The notes beneath the pieces are model-generated. The model had not been told where the DNA came from. It saw only the letters and a list, made by a program, of their open reading frames with translations, and searched no databases. A program made the position numbers and the translations under genes. Of a DNA stretch of 64,000 bases, positions 38,608 through 49,200 are shown piece after piece; the stretch's first letter is position 1; each line of letters starts with the position of its first letter. This stretch comes from an uncultured cyanobacterium. GTDB lineage: Bacteria > Cyanobacteriota > Cyanobacteriia > Cyanobacteriales > CAWUOF01. The stretch covers positions 2,784,001-2,848,000 of the forward strand of contig CAVUSO010000001.1 in assembly GCA_963744145.1 (NCBI GenBank), read 5' to 3'.

Positions 38608-40798
38608 CGATATTTAATCTACTTTGGAAAATTCGATTGATCGTAATAGAAGATGTAGGTTCTAGTGAACAAATCCCTAGTTCGGTGTGATTAAAACGAA
38701 ATTGCAACTTACCAGAGAGAAATAGCTGCTTTTCCCTTTGGGAAATTGGCAATTCGGGCCAATTCGCAATTTCTAGGTCTAAGGTAATTTTATCCTGAGC
38801 TGTAATTTCCGCATCAAGATATTTTCCTGCTTTCAAATTCGGTAATTCATTGATATATAAATAAAGGTCTGTAATGGACACGGAGTTGGGATTATCAATA
38901 GTAATTTTTAAGGTTCCTGTTTCGTTGGGTTTACCCTCTCCAGAACAAATAATAATAATTGGGTATCGCTCTACCAAAAGACTCAGTACCGAGACTCCCA
39001 CGACGACTTCTTCCGGAAATAATCCACCATGAGTTCCTATTGCTGATCCATCCGTGGTGTTGAACGAACCTAAACAAGCAGCATCTCTAACTATACTAAC
39101 ATCATGGGGGAGACTAAAGCGACCAGATTCTAAGACAATAAATCTTGGATCATTAGTTTTTCCGATCGCCATTCTACCTTTTGTAGTTATCTCTTGTGGA
39201 GCATCCTTAAGGGTTTCTACTGGACCAATCATTTGTCCATGATCGCTGGAGATCACTATTTTTAAGTTTTCCGGATTAGGGTGTCGTTTGAGACAATATC
39301 CTATTTGTTTAGCAATACCTTCTAAGGTATGGGGACGTTGAACCTGATCAAGATTTTGCCAGTTACGTTCACTATGGTAAATATCATCAAGTTGATTTGT
39401 ATCCCAGCAATAAAGCTGATGAGCATTTTGCTGCAAATCTTGATCAAGATGGTGACGTTGTTTGTCTGTGTAACGTTTACCAATTCCGATTAGAGAAAAA
39501 GCTTTGTTAATTTCCATATTCCAAGATTCATGATCGGGAAGTAATTGAGAGTAAAGACTCCATTTTGCGTATTCCGTTTTAGTTGGCAAAATGCTGAATC
39601 TCCCAGAAATATCTGTGGTAATTTTTAAATTGTTTTCCTCGGTCAATATTTTGAGCAATTCTTGGTGATCTAGCCATCCTAATCCATCAATTACTACCCA
39701 AAAAACAGGATTTTTTTGACAAAGTTCTTTGACTAGATAGGTAACATTGTAGTTTAATGTTGAATGACTAACTGAATCTAGTTTTAATTCTGGGTAATGT
39801 TTAAATAGCCACTCTAGAAAGGTATTTGCTAGACGATCACTTAATCTTTGTCCAATCGGAGATTTTTTGATAGCGATCTCCCACTTACGGAATGGTAAAT
39901 AACTTTTTGTTACCCATTCTAGTACATCTGAGACACTGGTTTCTAGTGCTAGAGGTTGTGGTTGAGATGGTGGTTGTTGATTATTTAAGTCTATCCGCTG
40001 TTGGAAATTCAGGTAAGCAGAAATTTTGGCGATCCTTTCTTTGGTAATCCAGGCTGTTTTTTTGGTTAAGATATTACTAGCGATCGCTGCAATTCGTTTT
40101 ATTCCTGGTTGCTCATGGGGAACGATCGCATCTAAAATTCCTCCTTGAGTTTTGAGGATCTGAGCATTCCAAAAATTGTCAAATTCTGAGGCTAAAATAT
40201 CAGGAATTTCCCGAGGATAAACCGGAAGTTCTTTAATTGGTGGTTCTAATAAACCCAACCACTGTTTGAGAAAAATAAGTTTATCATTGGTCTGGTAATA
40301 ACTAGCTAGTTCTAGATTTAATGATTGAATTTTATTTTGCCAAACTTGCTCAAAAAATTGGTATTTTGATGGTACTTGTATAGATAACCATCGACTTAAA
40401 TGCTCAATTGATGGTGGTTCAAACCACAAATTATCACTATCGGTGGTTATTTCTGATAGAAGATGAGCGATCGCATTATCTACCGGATAAGGCTCAAGTT
40501 CTATCACTAACTCTAAGATTTGTTTATCATCCCATTCTGACGGTAAAGGTAAGGGGTTAAATATTGATGCTAATTTCAACCGAGGGTGTTGTTTTTCTTC
40601 AACGATCGCATCAGTTTTGTCCCAAATGTACAGCCATTCACGAGTCCAATCACACAGTAATTTACCTTGAATCCAGTAAGCGCAGTTATCCTGAAAAAAG
40701 AATTTTAACCATTCTACTTCTGTAGTAATGGGAATATAACCATCAGGGATTTGATAGAGTCTAGTTGGATCTAAAATAACAGATTTAACCCTCGCCAT
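38594..40798 (-). CDS. pglZ: PglZ-domain (alkaline-phosphatase superfamily) protein
   Basis: VVIDGLGW, SILPTKTEYAK, VISSDHG and THGGLFPEEVVV. Confidence 0.85.
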   Translation of the reverse strand: MARVKSVILDPTRLYQIPDGYIPITTEVEWLKFFFQDNCAYWIQGKLLCDWTREWLYIWDKTDAIVEEKQHPRLKLASIFNPLPLPSEWDDKQILELVIELEPYPVDNAIAHLLSEITTDSDNLWFEPPSIEHLSRWLSIQVPSKYQFFEQVWQNKIQSLNLELASYYQTNDKLIFLKQWLGLLEPPIKELPVYPREIPDILASEFDNFWNAQILKTQGGILDAIVPHEQPGIKRIAAIASNILTKKTAWITKERIAKISAYLNFQQRIDLNNQQPPSQPQPLALETSVSDVLEWVTKSYLPFRKWEIAIKKSPIGQRLSDRLANTFLEWLFKHYPELKLDSVSHSTLNYNVTYLVKELCQKNPVFWVVIDGLGWLDHQELLKILTEENNLKITTDISGRFSILPTKTEYAKWSLYSQLLPDHESWNMEINKAFSLIGIGKRYTDKQRHHLDQDLQQNAHQLYCWDTNQLDDIYHSERNWQNLDQVQRPHTLEGIAKQIGYCLKRHPNPENLKIVISSDHGQMIGPVETLKDAPQEITTKGRMAIGKTNDPRFIVLESGRFSLPHDVSIVRDAACLGSFNTTDGSAIGTHGGLFPEEVVVGVSVLSLLVERYPIIIICSGEGKPNETGTLKITIDNPNSVSITDLYLYINELPNLKAGKYLDAEITAQDKITLDLEIANWPELPISQREKQLFLSGKLQFRFNHTELGICSLEPTSSITINRIFQSRLNIDEFT

Positions 40799-40815
40799 AA
40801 ATCAATCAAAACCCC

Positions 40816-43800
40816 TTAATTTGGCAAATATTCTTTGAGTAGCTCATAGACACTGAGTTTTTCTTCAGGTGGGAGTTTATCAAACAGCTCAATTATTTGA
40901 TTAGCTCGATTTTCTTTTTTCTTTTCTTCACTTTCTTCCTGTATTTTTTGATTATCTGGATTATAATGTGAAGGATTTGTTCTTACTTTTCCTTGACTTA
41001 CTTGACTAATTGGTTGTGATATATTAGCATTATCTTGCAGTTTTCTTAACTCTTCTATTCTTTGATGAACAACTTTTTGAGAATCATTTAATTTTTCAAT
41101 TAAATAAGCTAAATTTGGAATTTTCTTAATATATTCAAGATATTGTTTTAATTCAACTTCATAAGCACCACAATCTTTTTCTGTATTTAGAAATTTAGCG
41201 CGTTGAGTTAATTGGTTAATAATTAGCTCAATTTTACCCATTACCATTTCTAAAGCTTTAGATTGGCGATCGCGTTGCTGCTGACTGGGAGTGACATTAA
41301 TAGTTCCTGAAATCAGTACAATTGCTGGGGGTTGACCTAGGGATCTGTAAATATTTACTAATTCCGCAATTCCAGAATTAGGGTCTAGAGTTTCTGCTTT
41401 TTTTATGGATTTAAACCATGTGTCAATTTTTTTTATTCCATCTTGTAGTTGTTTTTGCTTTTCCTTAATTTCACTAATTTTTTGGCTATCAGTATTTCCT
41501 AGCTTTAAAAAAACATCAATCTGGTCAATATACTTTTCGGCACTATCGAAATCTACAGAATCGGGAATTTCTGGATAGGGAGACGGTTGACGACGAATTA
41601 ATTCAGGTTTAGTCGTCAGTATCCATTTGTTCACAAACTCTTTCGGTTTATCAAGGATATTCGTATTTGCCCAATCATTGATTGGTTTTATTTGTATTGA
41701 AATTTGCTCGGTTTTATTTTGAGCAATTCCAAAACGCCCTCTTAAATAAATTTCATTACGGTGATAAGCAAGCCATGCGGTAAAAAGGATAGTAAAGGTA
41801 AACTCGTTATAACCATAGGGTGGACTGGATAATTTATCCCAAATTGTAGCAATATAAACCGATTTTTCCTCATATTTACTACCCAATTTAGTCATTTTGG
41901 AAATTTCATCCCAAGCGGAGCGAACTTTCTGATTATTTGGCTCTTGGACTAAATATTTTTTAGAGGTTTTTTTGAGCAATCCCCAAGCAGAAACAAAAAT
42001 CGGGTCAATTAAGTTATTGTACTCTTTACCAGGTAAATTTTCAGATAAAGTATCTAGTAAAAGCTGTTTAGCAACAAATCCGAGAATTTTTGTTCCCGAT
42101 GAACTTTTTAGTGCGATCTTATCTATTTTTTCAACAGGTGGAACCAGTGAGTAAAGTTCTTGTAATAAAGCGCTAACCAGACGTTCTGGTTTTTTCCGGT
42201 CAGCTAAAGGTAGTTTTTGACTACCATAACTATGATAAGTACAGTTGTCAAAAATCTTTTTCAATCCTTGGTCTATTTGCTGTTGGATCTGTTCTGTAAA
42301 TTGGGAAAAAGCTTCACCATAGTTTTGCTTTTGGGCTGAAGTTTTCTCATTCAACTTATCCCGCTTGAGCAGCAAATGAGCAATATCCATAGCTCCTTGC
42401 TGAGGAATTGCTACAGAGATTTGAGAACGGATAGAAGATTCGATCAGTAGTTGATCAATTTCGTCACGAAGTGGTTTTAATTCTGTTTCTGTTTCTGCCA
42501 AAACATAAGCAAATATGCCTTTTGCTGGGGTTTCTTGTAAAGTTTTATCTCTTAATAAAGCTTTTTGAAATCCATTAATCGAATAGATTTTATACTCAAA
42601 TTGCCACTCATCGCTAATTAATTTGTTTTGGTCTACAAATTCCATAGCAGTAATTGTAGTCGCTTTGAAATATTCTTCTAGATGTTCTCGGCAATAAATT
42701 AAAACTTGATCAATGGTAGGCTTTTTTCTATTATAATATTTATCTTCTGCTAGTTCCTTGTCTATTTCTTGCTCTAGGTCTAGAATACTAAATCCGGAGT
42801 AGAAACTATAGGTGTTATTAGCAAGTTTGTATATAGCTCGTCTATTATTACAAAGTTGGTCGAGAGCAATTTTAACTTTCATTTCCGATAAACCAGTTAA
42901 AACACTCAATATCTCTTCATGTTTTTCACCGTCTGGTTTAGTTAGTTTGCTACCACTAATATAAAATAAGAAGATGGCTTTTAACAAGGTAATTTCTTCA
43001 CTTGAAGCTGCTCCAATTACTGAATCAAAAGCTTTTTTATAATCTGTGTATTTGGAGTGATTAGAAAAATTATCAATAAAAGCGTCAACCAGTACCACTG
43101 GACGAATATAGTTGAGTTTTCCTTCGATTTCTACTGGCTCATTTTGAATAAAGTTTCTGACATCATACTTAACAAACTGAATCGCTGTACGTCCTTGGGT
43201 AAAGTCCAAATTACAAAGCAGATAAGCGGTGAGAGGATGGAGGGGAAAACATTTGGAAGCAAAATCATGATGGAATTTTTTAAAATCCCTTTTTCCTTCG
43301 CGATAAAAGGTAATTCGTTTCTCACAAGCAGTTCTACTTTCATCTAATAAAGTGCTATTCCATCGATCGCGAAACTCTTCCCAAACTGTGGGATTTTCCT
43401 GAACAATTAACTTAGAAAAAACTAACTCTAAACTAGAAACAGGTTCATAGGTACTGCGACTCAATTCCAGCCGAGAAATTAATTTTTTGTAACTTTCTAT
43501 TTCTTTAAAATTGCGGGGAACTGCGGCTGCATTTGATGGTTTAATTTGAGTGAAACTGATCAGGGCAATTCGTCCCTTGTGGTTTTCACAAAAATTAGTT
43601 ATATTTTGCAAAGCCATTCCTCCCGCTGTTGCAGGGTTGCTTGCCCAATTTTGTAGATAAGCATTAAGTTCATCTAACAAAATTAAAATCCCTGCAAACT
43701 GGGGATTTTTTCCAGAGCAAAGCTTTTTGAGCAAATCTTCAAGAATATCCTCTAAGTCTAAATTTGCTTCAAAATTAATTGCATATCCACCGATCGTAAA

Positions 43801-44475
43801 TTGACGACTAATATCGATGACTGTAGGAATAACGTGATAGTTATCATGTCGCAATAACTCAATCATCGATTCGATATCACCATAAGGATTGTCGATCTTT
43901 TTTAAATATTTTTCAGCTATTGCAAGCTGTTCAGTATCCAGTCTTTCCAAAAATTGTAGGGGTTCACTGCAAAATCGCTGGGCAATAGAACCACTCACTC
44001 CTTCCGTTTCTAGGGTTTGACGTAAAGAGCGCAGAAAATTCTGTTTCAGATCACCGCGATCGCCACTTAAACAGATCACTAAATGTTTTGGATTTCGTTG
44101 TTTATAAGCTTGTAAATCTGCTAAAATTGCCGGATATTCAGAAGTAGCTAACCGGATTTGCTCTAAAGTTCCCTGCACTTCTTTACTTTCATAAGGCTGT
44201 TTAAAAAAGTTGGCCAGGACTAACCCAAAGTGAGATTTTCCTTTGCCATAGTCTTGAACTAAGAGGTGAACATTTGGCTCATTTTGACTATGGTAACTAC
44301 GCCGGACAGCATCAAGAACTCCCACCGTCGATGATTTTAGATTTTTCTGATCATAATTAAACACAAATCCTTGACAAAGCTTTAAATTTTTCTCCTGATC
44401 TGCGATCATATCGAAATTGACAGCATCAGCTAATAGGGCAGTTTCATTAATTCGGACTAAATTATTTAGTTTCAT
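40816..44475 (-). CDS. BrxC/SspC-like large P-loop ATPase
   Basis: Walker A variant QDYGKGKSH, Walker B LILLDEL, CFPLHPLTAYLL and LSSPPYG; coiled-coil C-terminus; 1219 aa. Confidence 0.8.
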   Translation of the reverse strand: MKLNNLVRINETALLADAVNFDMIADQEKNLKLCQGFVFNYDQKNLKSSTVGVLDAVRRSYHSQNEPNVHLLVQDYGKGKSHFGLVLANFFKQPYESKEVQGTLEQIRLATSEYPAILADLQAYKQRNPKHLVICLSGDRGDLKQNFLRSLRQTLETEGVSGSIAQRFCSEPLQFLERLDTEQLAIAEKYLKKIDNPYGDIESMIELLRHDNYHVIPTVIDISRQFTIGGYAINFEANLDLEDILEDLLKKLCSGKNPQFAGILILLDELNAYLQNWASNPATAGGMALQNITNFCENHKGRIALISFTQIKPSNAAAVPRNFKEIESYKKLISRLELSRSTYEPVSSLELVFSKLIVQENPTVWEEFRDRWNSTLLDESRTACEKRITFYREGKRDFKKFHHDFASKCFPLHPLTAYLLCNLDFTQGRTAIQFVKYDVRNFIQNEPVEIEGKLNYIRPVVLVDAFIDNFSNHSKYTDYKKAFDSVIGAASSEEITLLKAIFLFYISGSKLTKPDGEKHEEILSVLTGLSEMKVKIALDQLCNNRRAIYKLANNTYSFYSGFSILDLEQEIDKELAEDKYYNRKKPTIDQVLIYCREHLEEYFKATTITAMEFVDQNKLISDEWQFEYKIYSINGFQKALLRDKTLQETPAKGIFAYVLAETETELKPLRDEIDQLLIESSIRSQISVAIPQQGAMDIAHLLLKRDKLNEKTSAQKQNYGEAFSQFTEQIQQQIDQGLKKIFDNCTYHSYGSQKLPLADRKKPERLVSALLQELYSLVPPVEKIDKIALKSSSGTKILGFVAKQLLLDTLSENLPGKEYNNLIDPIFVSAWGLLKKTSKKYLVQEPNNQKVRSAWDEISKMTKLGSKYEEKSVYIATIWDKLSSPPYGYNEFTFTILFTAWLAYHRNEIYLRGRFGIAQNKTEQISIQIKPINDWANTNILDKPKEFVNKWILTTKPELIRRQPSPYPEIPDSVDFDSAEKYIDQIDVFLKLGNTDSQKISEIKEKQKQLQDGIKKIDTWFKSIKKAETLDPNSGIAELVNIYRSLGQPPAIVLISGTINVTPSQQQRDRQSKALEMVMGKIELIINQLTQRAKFLNTEKDCGAYEVELKQYLEYIKKIPNLAYLIEKLNDSQKVVHQRIEELRKLQDNANISQPISQVSQGKVRTNPSHYNPDNQKIQEESEEKKKENRANQIIELFDKLPPEEKLSVYELLKEYLPN

Positions 44476-44499
44476 TTGATGGACCTGATTATCAATAAA

Positions 44500-44928
44500 T
44501 TAAATATGAAAAACTCGCTGACGCGGCCAATTTAGTGGTAGAACTTTAGCTGGCAACAAAATCCAAAGCACTGCTTCTAAATGTCGCAGTTCTGATAATT
44601 TTTGCCAAAACAATTCCATCGGAAATGTAGATTGAACAGATAAATAAGTAATCAGATAATCTAACTTTTCCAGAATTATCGTTCTATTATAGTTGGTTGC
44701 ACAGATTGAGCGAATAGCATTAAATTCTTCGTCTAAGCGCTGATGAAGCACCAAAAATTGGTGAGAGCTGAGACGAGTGAGTAAGTTTTGCCGATAGCTA
44801 ACCCGTATAGCTTTATTATCACATAAAAGAGACAATAAATCTACCTCCGTAGGATTGTCCCATAGCAAAAGATGGGGACGATCCTCTGGTTTTGCGTCTG
44901 GAAGTTTCAGATTAGGGTTGATTTGCAT
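44500..44928 (-). CDS. Small hypothetical protein, possibly a degenerate P-loop protein (BrxB/BrxF-like by size and position)
   Basis: 142 aa; overlaps the DUF4007 stop and precedes the ATPase; IILEKLDYL resembles a decayed Walker B. Confidence 0.55.
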   Translation of the reverse strand: MQINPNLKLPDAKPEDRPHLLLWDNPTEVDLLSLLCDNKAIRVSYRQNLLTRLSSHQFLVLHQRLDEEFNAIRSICATNYNRTIILEKLDYLITYLSVQSTFPMELFWQKLSELRHLEAVLWILLPAKVLPLNWPRQRVFHI

Positions 44929-45745
44929 AAGCTTTTTCTAGAAGAGTCAGAGAGTTATCCCACCGACGTACTATTTGAAAAGGGGGAACTGTGCGACGCT
45001 GTTCAATCAGTCCATAGGCTTCCAAATTGTTAAAATGCTCTTGTAAATCATCGGTGCTAATTCCTAAAATAGTCGTTAGTCCCATTGGTTGATCGACAAC
45101 CGCTTTAGTTAACACTGAAGTTTGGGTTTTAAAGTCCCGTTCCCAAAGTTGGGCAAGAAAATAACCGATCATATAAACATTGGGAAGATTAGCGTTACCT
45201 GTTTGATATGTATCATTTTTATTTAATTCAATAAAACGACAAGATGCTAAGGCTTGAGTTTCTGTATAAGCTCGCAAAATATATTTCAATCTTTCTGTAA
45301 TTATTTTTTTAGTTTCTTCAAAAACTGTGGTACTATTTTCGATCAGTTCATTCATAGTAAACTGACGATGCTGTGGTAAAAAACTATGGACAAAATAACA
45401 CCATCCTCCCCAATCAGCCGGATTTTTTGGTAATTGTTTCATGTTTCGTTCCCCAAAACTCAAATAAAAGTGCATCAACCAGTCTGTAATGTTTGTCTGT
45501 AAAAATGAATCTAGTCTTAACACTATTTTACCTTCTGGGGTTGGTCGATTATCTTGAATTAACCCTGCTCGAATTGCCCAGCTTTTGATCTGTCCAACTT
45601 TTGCATTACCTAAACTGGTTCTCTGCATTAAGTTTTCTAAAGTATCATTTAAACCTTTTTCCTCTGTAGCTGTCTGAAGAATTCTGCGGATTTCTTCTTT
45701 TTTGAGAGCGAAATTTCCGTGAAAGTGCATTTTCAAGTTAGCCAT
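44912..45745 (-). CDS. DUF4007 family protein (SspB/BrxA-related)
   Basis: From the ATG at 45745: FHGNFAL, LGNAKVGQIKSWAIRAGLI and TPEGKIVLRLDSFLQTNITDWLMHFYL. The track's extension to 45877 runs through a MITE. Confidence 0.75.
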   Translation of the reverse strand: MANLKMHFHGNFALKKEEIRRILQTATEEKGLNDTLENLMQRTSLGNAKVGQIKSWAIRAGLIQDNRPTPEGKIVLRLDSFLQTNITDWLMHFYLSFGERNMKQLPKNPADWGGWCYFVHSFLPQHRQFTMNELIENSTTVFEETKKIITERLKYILRAYTETQALASCRFIELNKNDTYQTGNANLPNVYMIGYFLAQLWERDFKTQTSVLTKAVVDQPMGLTTILGISTDDLQEHFNNLEAYGLIEQRRTVPPFQIVRRWDNSLTLLEKAYANQP

Positions 45746-45788
45746 AATTATTTGCCGTCTAAATATGTAGATCACTACTATTATATTC

Positions 45789-45922
45789 CAATACAGTTCA
45801 GTTAAGAATATTTTTGGGGATATCGGCAGAAGAAGGGTGAAGCATTCGGATACAATATTACTGGTTTGATCGCTCAATTATCGCCCGAATGCTTCACCCC
45901 TACATTTAACTGAACCGTATTG
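45789..45922. mobile_element. 134-bp MITE with 17-bp TIRs and a perfect 10-bp target duplication
   Basis: TIRs CAATACAGTTCAGTTAA / TTAACTGAACCGTATTG; direct repeat TATTATATTC at 45779-45788 and 45923-45932; internal hairpin GGGTGAAGCATTCGG...CCGAATGCTTCACCC. Confidence 0.92.
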
Positions 45923-46267
45923 TATTATATTCTATTTTTAGTTCTAGCGATCGTTTTCTCTGCCACTTGTTAATATGATCTAATCCAAAGTATCGCAAGT
46001 AACTGAATCACTGGTATGGGGAACCTAAATGAAACATGAACAGAATTTTATCTTTAAGTATAAATACTCAAACTAGAACAATGAGAGAGTGCTTTGCTAG
46101 TTAAGCGCACCATCTTAAATCACTTATAGACAAAATCTGATCTTGAAAGCTAGCAGTTCTAGGCATAAAATAGTTAAGAAACAAAAAAACAGTACAAAAG
46201 ATTGTTTAGGATAATCCTTGCTGTTCTTATAGTTTAGCTTGATTTCGGCTAATGATTAAAACTTGGA

Positions 46268-49200
46268 GTGCCTACCAATATGGACAGTATTATAGACTAC
46301 CAACTAACTGAAAAAATCTACGAAAGTCCTAATTCAATAGTTTATCGAGGCACTGACCAACTCAATAAACAACCAATTATTCTGAAAATTCTTCAGGAAA
46401 ATTACCCTACTCCATCAGAACTAATCCGATATAAACAGGAATATGAAATTACTCGTTGTTTCCATGCCGATCGCATTATTAAAACCTCCGGATTACAGCG
46501 ATATAAGAATAGTTTAATCATCATTTTAGAGGACTTTGGTGGTAAATCTTTAGACCGATTAATATCCGAATACCAGTTTAGCTTAGAAGAAACTCTCACT
46601 ATTGCTATTAAGATTACAGAGGGTTTAGTTGCGATTCATTCTGCTAACATTATCCACAAAGATATTAACCCTAGCAATATAGTCTATAATCCAGAAACTG
46701 GACAACTGAAAATTATTGATTTTGGAATTTCTACCCGTTTATCCCAGGAAAATCAGACAATTAATCATATCAATCAATTAGAAGGAACCTTAGCTTATAT
46801 TGCGCCAGAGCAAACTGGTAGAATGAACCGAGGAATAGATTACCGTAGTGATTTTTATGCTCTGGGTGTCACATTCTATCAAATATTGACCCATCAATTA
46901 CCGTTTCCAACCCATGACCCGATGGAATTAGTCCATTGTCAGATCGCGCAACATCCAAAAAGACCTGATGAACTAATCTCGTCAATTCCCTTAACATTAT
47001 CCAATATCGTCATCAAATTGTTAGCTAAAACTCCAGAGGAACGATACCAAAGTGCTTGGGGAATTAAAGCTGATTTAGAAACCTGTCTGCACCAATTAAA
47101 AACTTTCGGAGAAATTTCTCAATTTTCTTTAGGAAACCAGGATATTTCCAATAAGTTTCATATTTCTCAAAAACTCTACGGTCGAGAACAGGAAATCACT
47201 CAACTATTAAATTCCTTTAAACGAGTTAGTCAAGGTACTACAGAGATGATGCTGGTTTCTGGTTATTCAGGAATCGGTAAATCTGTTTTGGTCAATGAAA
47301 TTCACAAACCGATTACTAAACAACGAGGATATTTTATTAATGGCAAATTTGACCAGTTGCAGAGGGATATTCCCTATGCAGCAATTACTCAGGCTTTTCA
47401 AGATCTAATTCGTCAACTTCTGAGTGAACCGGAATCAATCCTAGAAACTTGGAAAGAGAAAATATTATCAGCATTGGGGAATAATGGTCAAATTATCATT
47501 GATATTATCCCTGGTCTGGAAAAAATTATCGGTAAACAGCCGGAAGTTGAACAACTAGGAGCAAAAGAAACTCAAAATCGGTTCAAATTATTATTTGAAA
47601 AATTTATCGGCGTTTTTAGTCAAAAAGAACACCCCTTAGTTATCTTCCTCGATGATTTACAGTGGGCAAATCTACCATCTTTAAATTTAATTGAGGGATT
47701 AATAACTAATGCTAATCAGCAATATTTATTGATGATCGGAGCATATCGCGATAATGAAGTTAGTCCTGTTCATCCTTTAATGCACACCTTAGCACAACTT
47801 AGAAAGGTAGAAGCTACAGTCAATCAAATTATCCTACAACCATTAAAAATCAGCCAGATTAACTTATTAATTGCTGATACCTTAAGTTGCTCAATAGAAG
47901 ATGCAAAACCTTTAGCAGAGCTAGTAGCCAAAAAAACTGGTGGTAATCCTTTTTTTGTCAACCAATTACTCCAAACATTGTACCAAGAAAACCTCTTAGT
48001 ATTTAATCCGCCACAATTTTTAATAGCTCAGGGAGAAAATAAAGAGAAATTTTGGCAGTGGGATATTGACCAAATTGAAAAAATCGGCATAACTGATAAT
48101 GTAGTTGATTTAATGGTTAGGAAAATTGGAAAGCTGGATGAAAACACCCAGAATATTTTAAAATTAGCTGCTTGTATTGGCAACCAATTTAATTTAGAAA
48201 TTCTTGCTGTTGTTAATCGAAAATCTCAAATATTTACTGCTCAAGAACTACAACCAGCACTTGCTGAAGGATTGATTGTTCCCCTAAATAATGACTATAA
48301 ATTACCCTTGCTATGGAGTCAGGAGGAAATATCAAGTGAAAGCTCATCTGTTTTTATTCCCAAATATCCTGAGTCTATTCCCTATAAATTTTTACATGAC
48401 CGAGTCCAGCAAGCTGCTTATATTCTCATTAGAGAAGAAGAGAAAAAAGTTGTTCATCTGCAAATAGGTCGTCTGCTACTGAAAAATACTCAAGCAGATA
48501 AATTAGAAGAAAATCTTTTTCAAATTACTAATCAACTTAACGAAGGAGCAGAGTTAACTACTGACCAATTAGAGCGAGATGAGTTAGCTATATTAAATCT
48601 TAAAGCTGGTAAAAAATCTAAAGCATCAACCGCCTATAAACCAGCTCTCAGATATTTGGAAACTGGCTTAAGTCTATTAGCATTTAATAGCTGGAATGAC
48701 CAATATAAATTGACCTGGGAATTACAGATAGAGACTTTAGAACTGCTTTACTTAAATACTAAATTTAAGGAATTTGAAGAGCGAGCAGAAATGCTGCTGG
48801 AACAAGCAAAAGAGATCCTTGATCAAGCTAAGGTAACTCAGTTAAAAATAATATACTGTTATACAATATTTAAGCCTGATCAGGCAATAGATATCGCCCT
48901 TAAAGCTGTCCTAGAACTGGGAATAAATATCTCTCAGGAATCCAGTGACATCGAAAAGAGAATTGAGCAACAACAAGAATTTATTCTATCATTTTTGCAA
49001 TCAAAAAAGATTGAGGATTTAGCTGATTTACCGCTCATGACCGATCAAACTAAAATAGCTGCAACCTCAATCTTACACCGGATTCTTACAGCTACAAATA
49101 CAACAAATTTTTCTTTATATATTGAGGTAATGTTTACCATACTTAATCTCTATATCAGCTCTGGAAATTCTCCTAACGCAGCTTGTATATATGCTACTTA

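Noticed and set aside
45746..45877. N-terminal extension of the DUF4007 ORF
   Set aside because: It starts at a TTG within the MITE; read-through is fortuitous.
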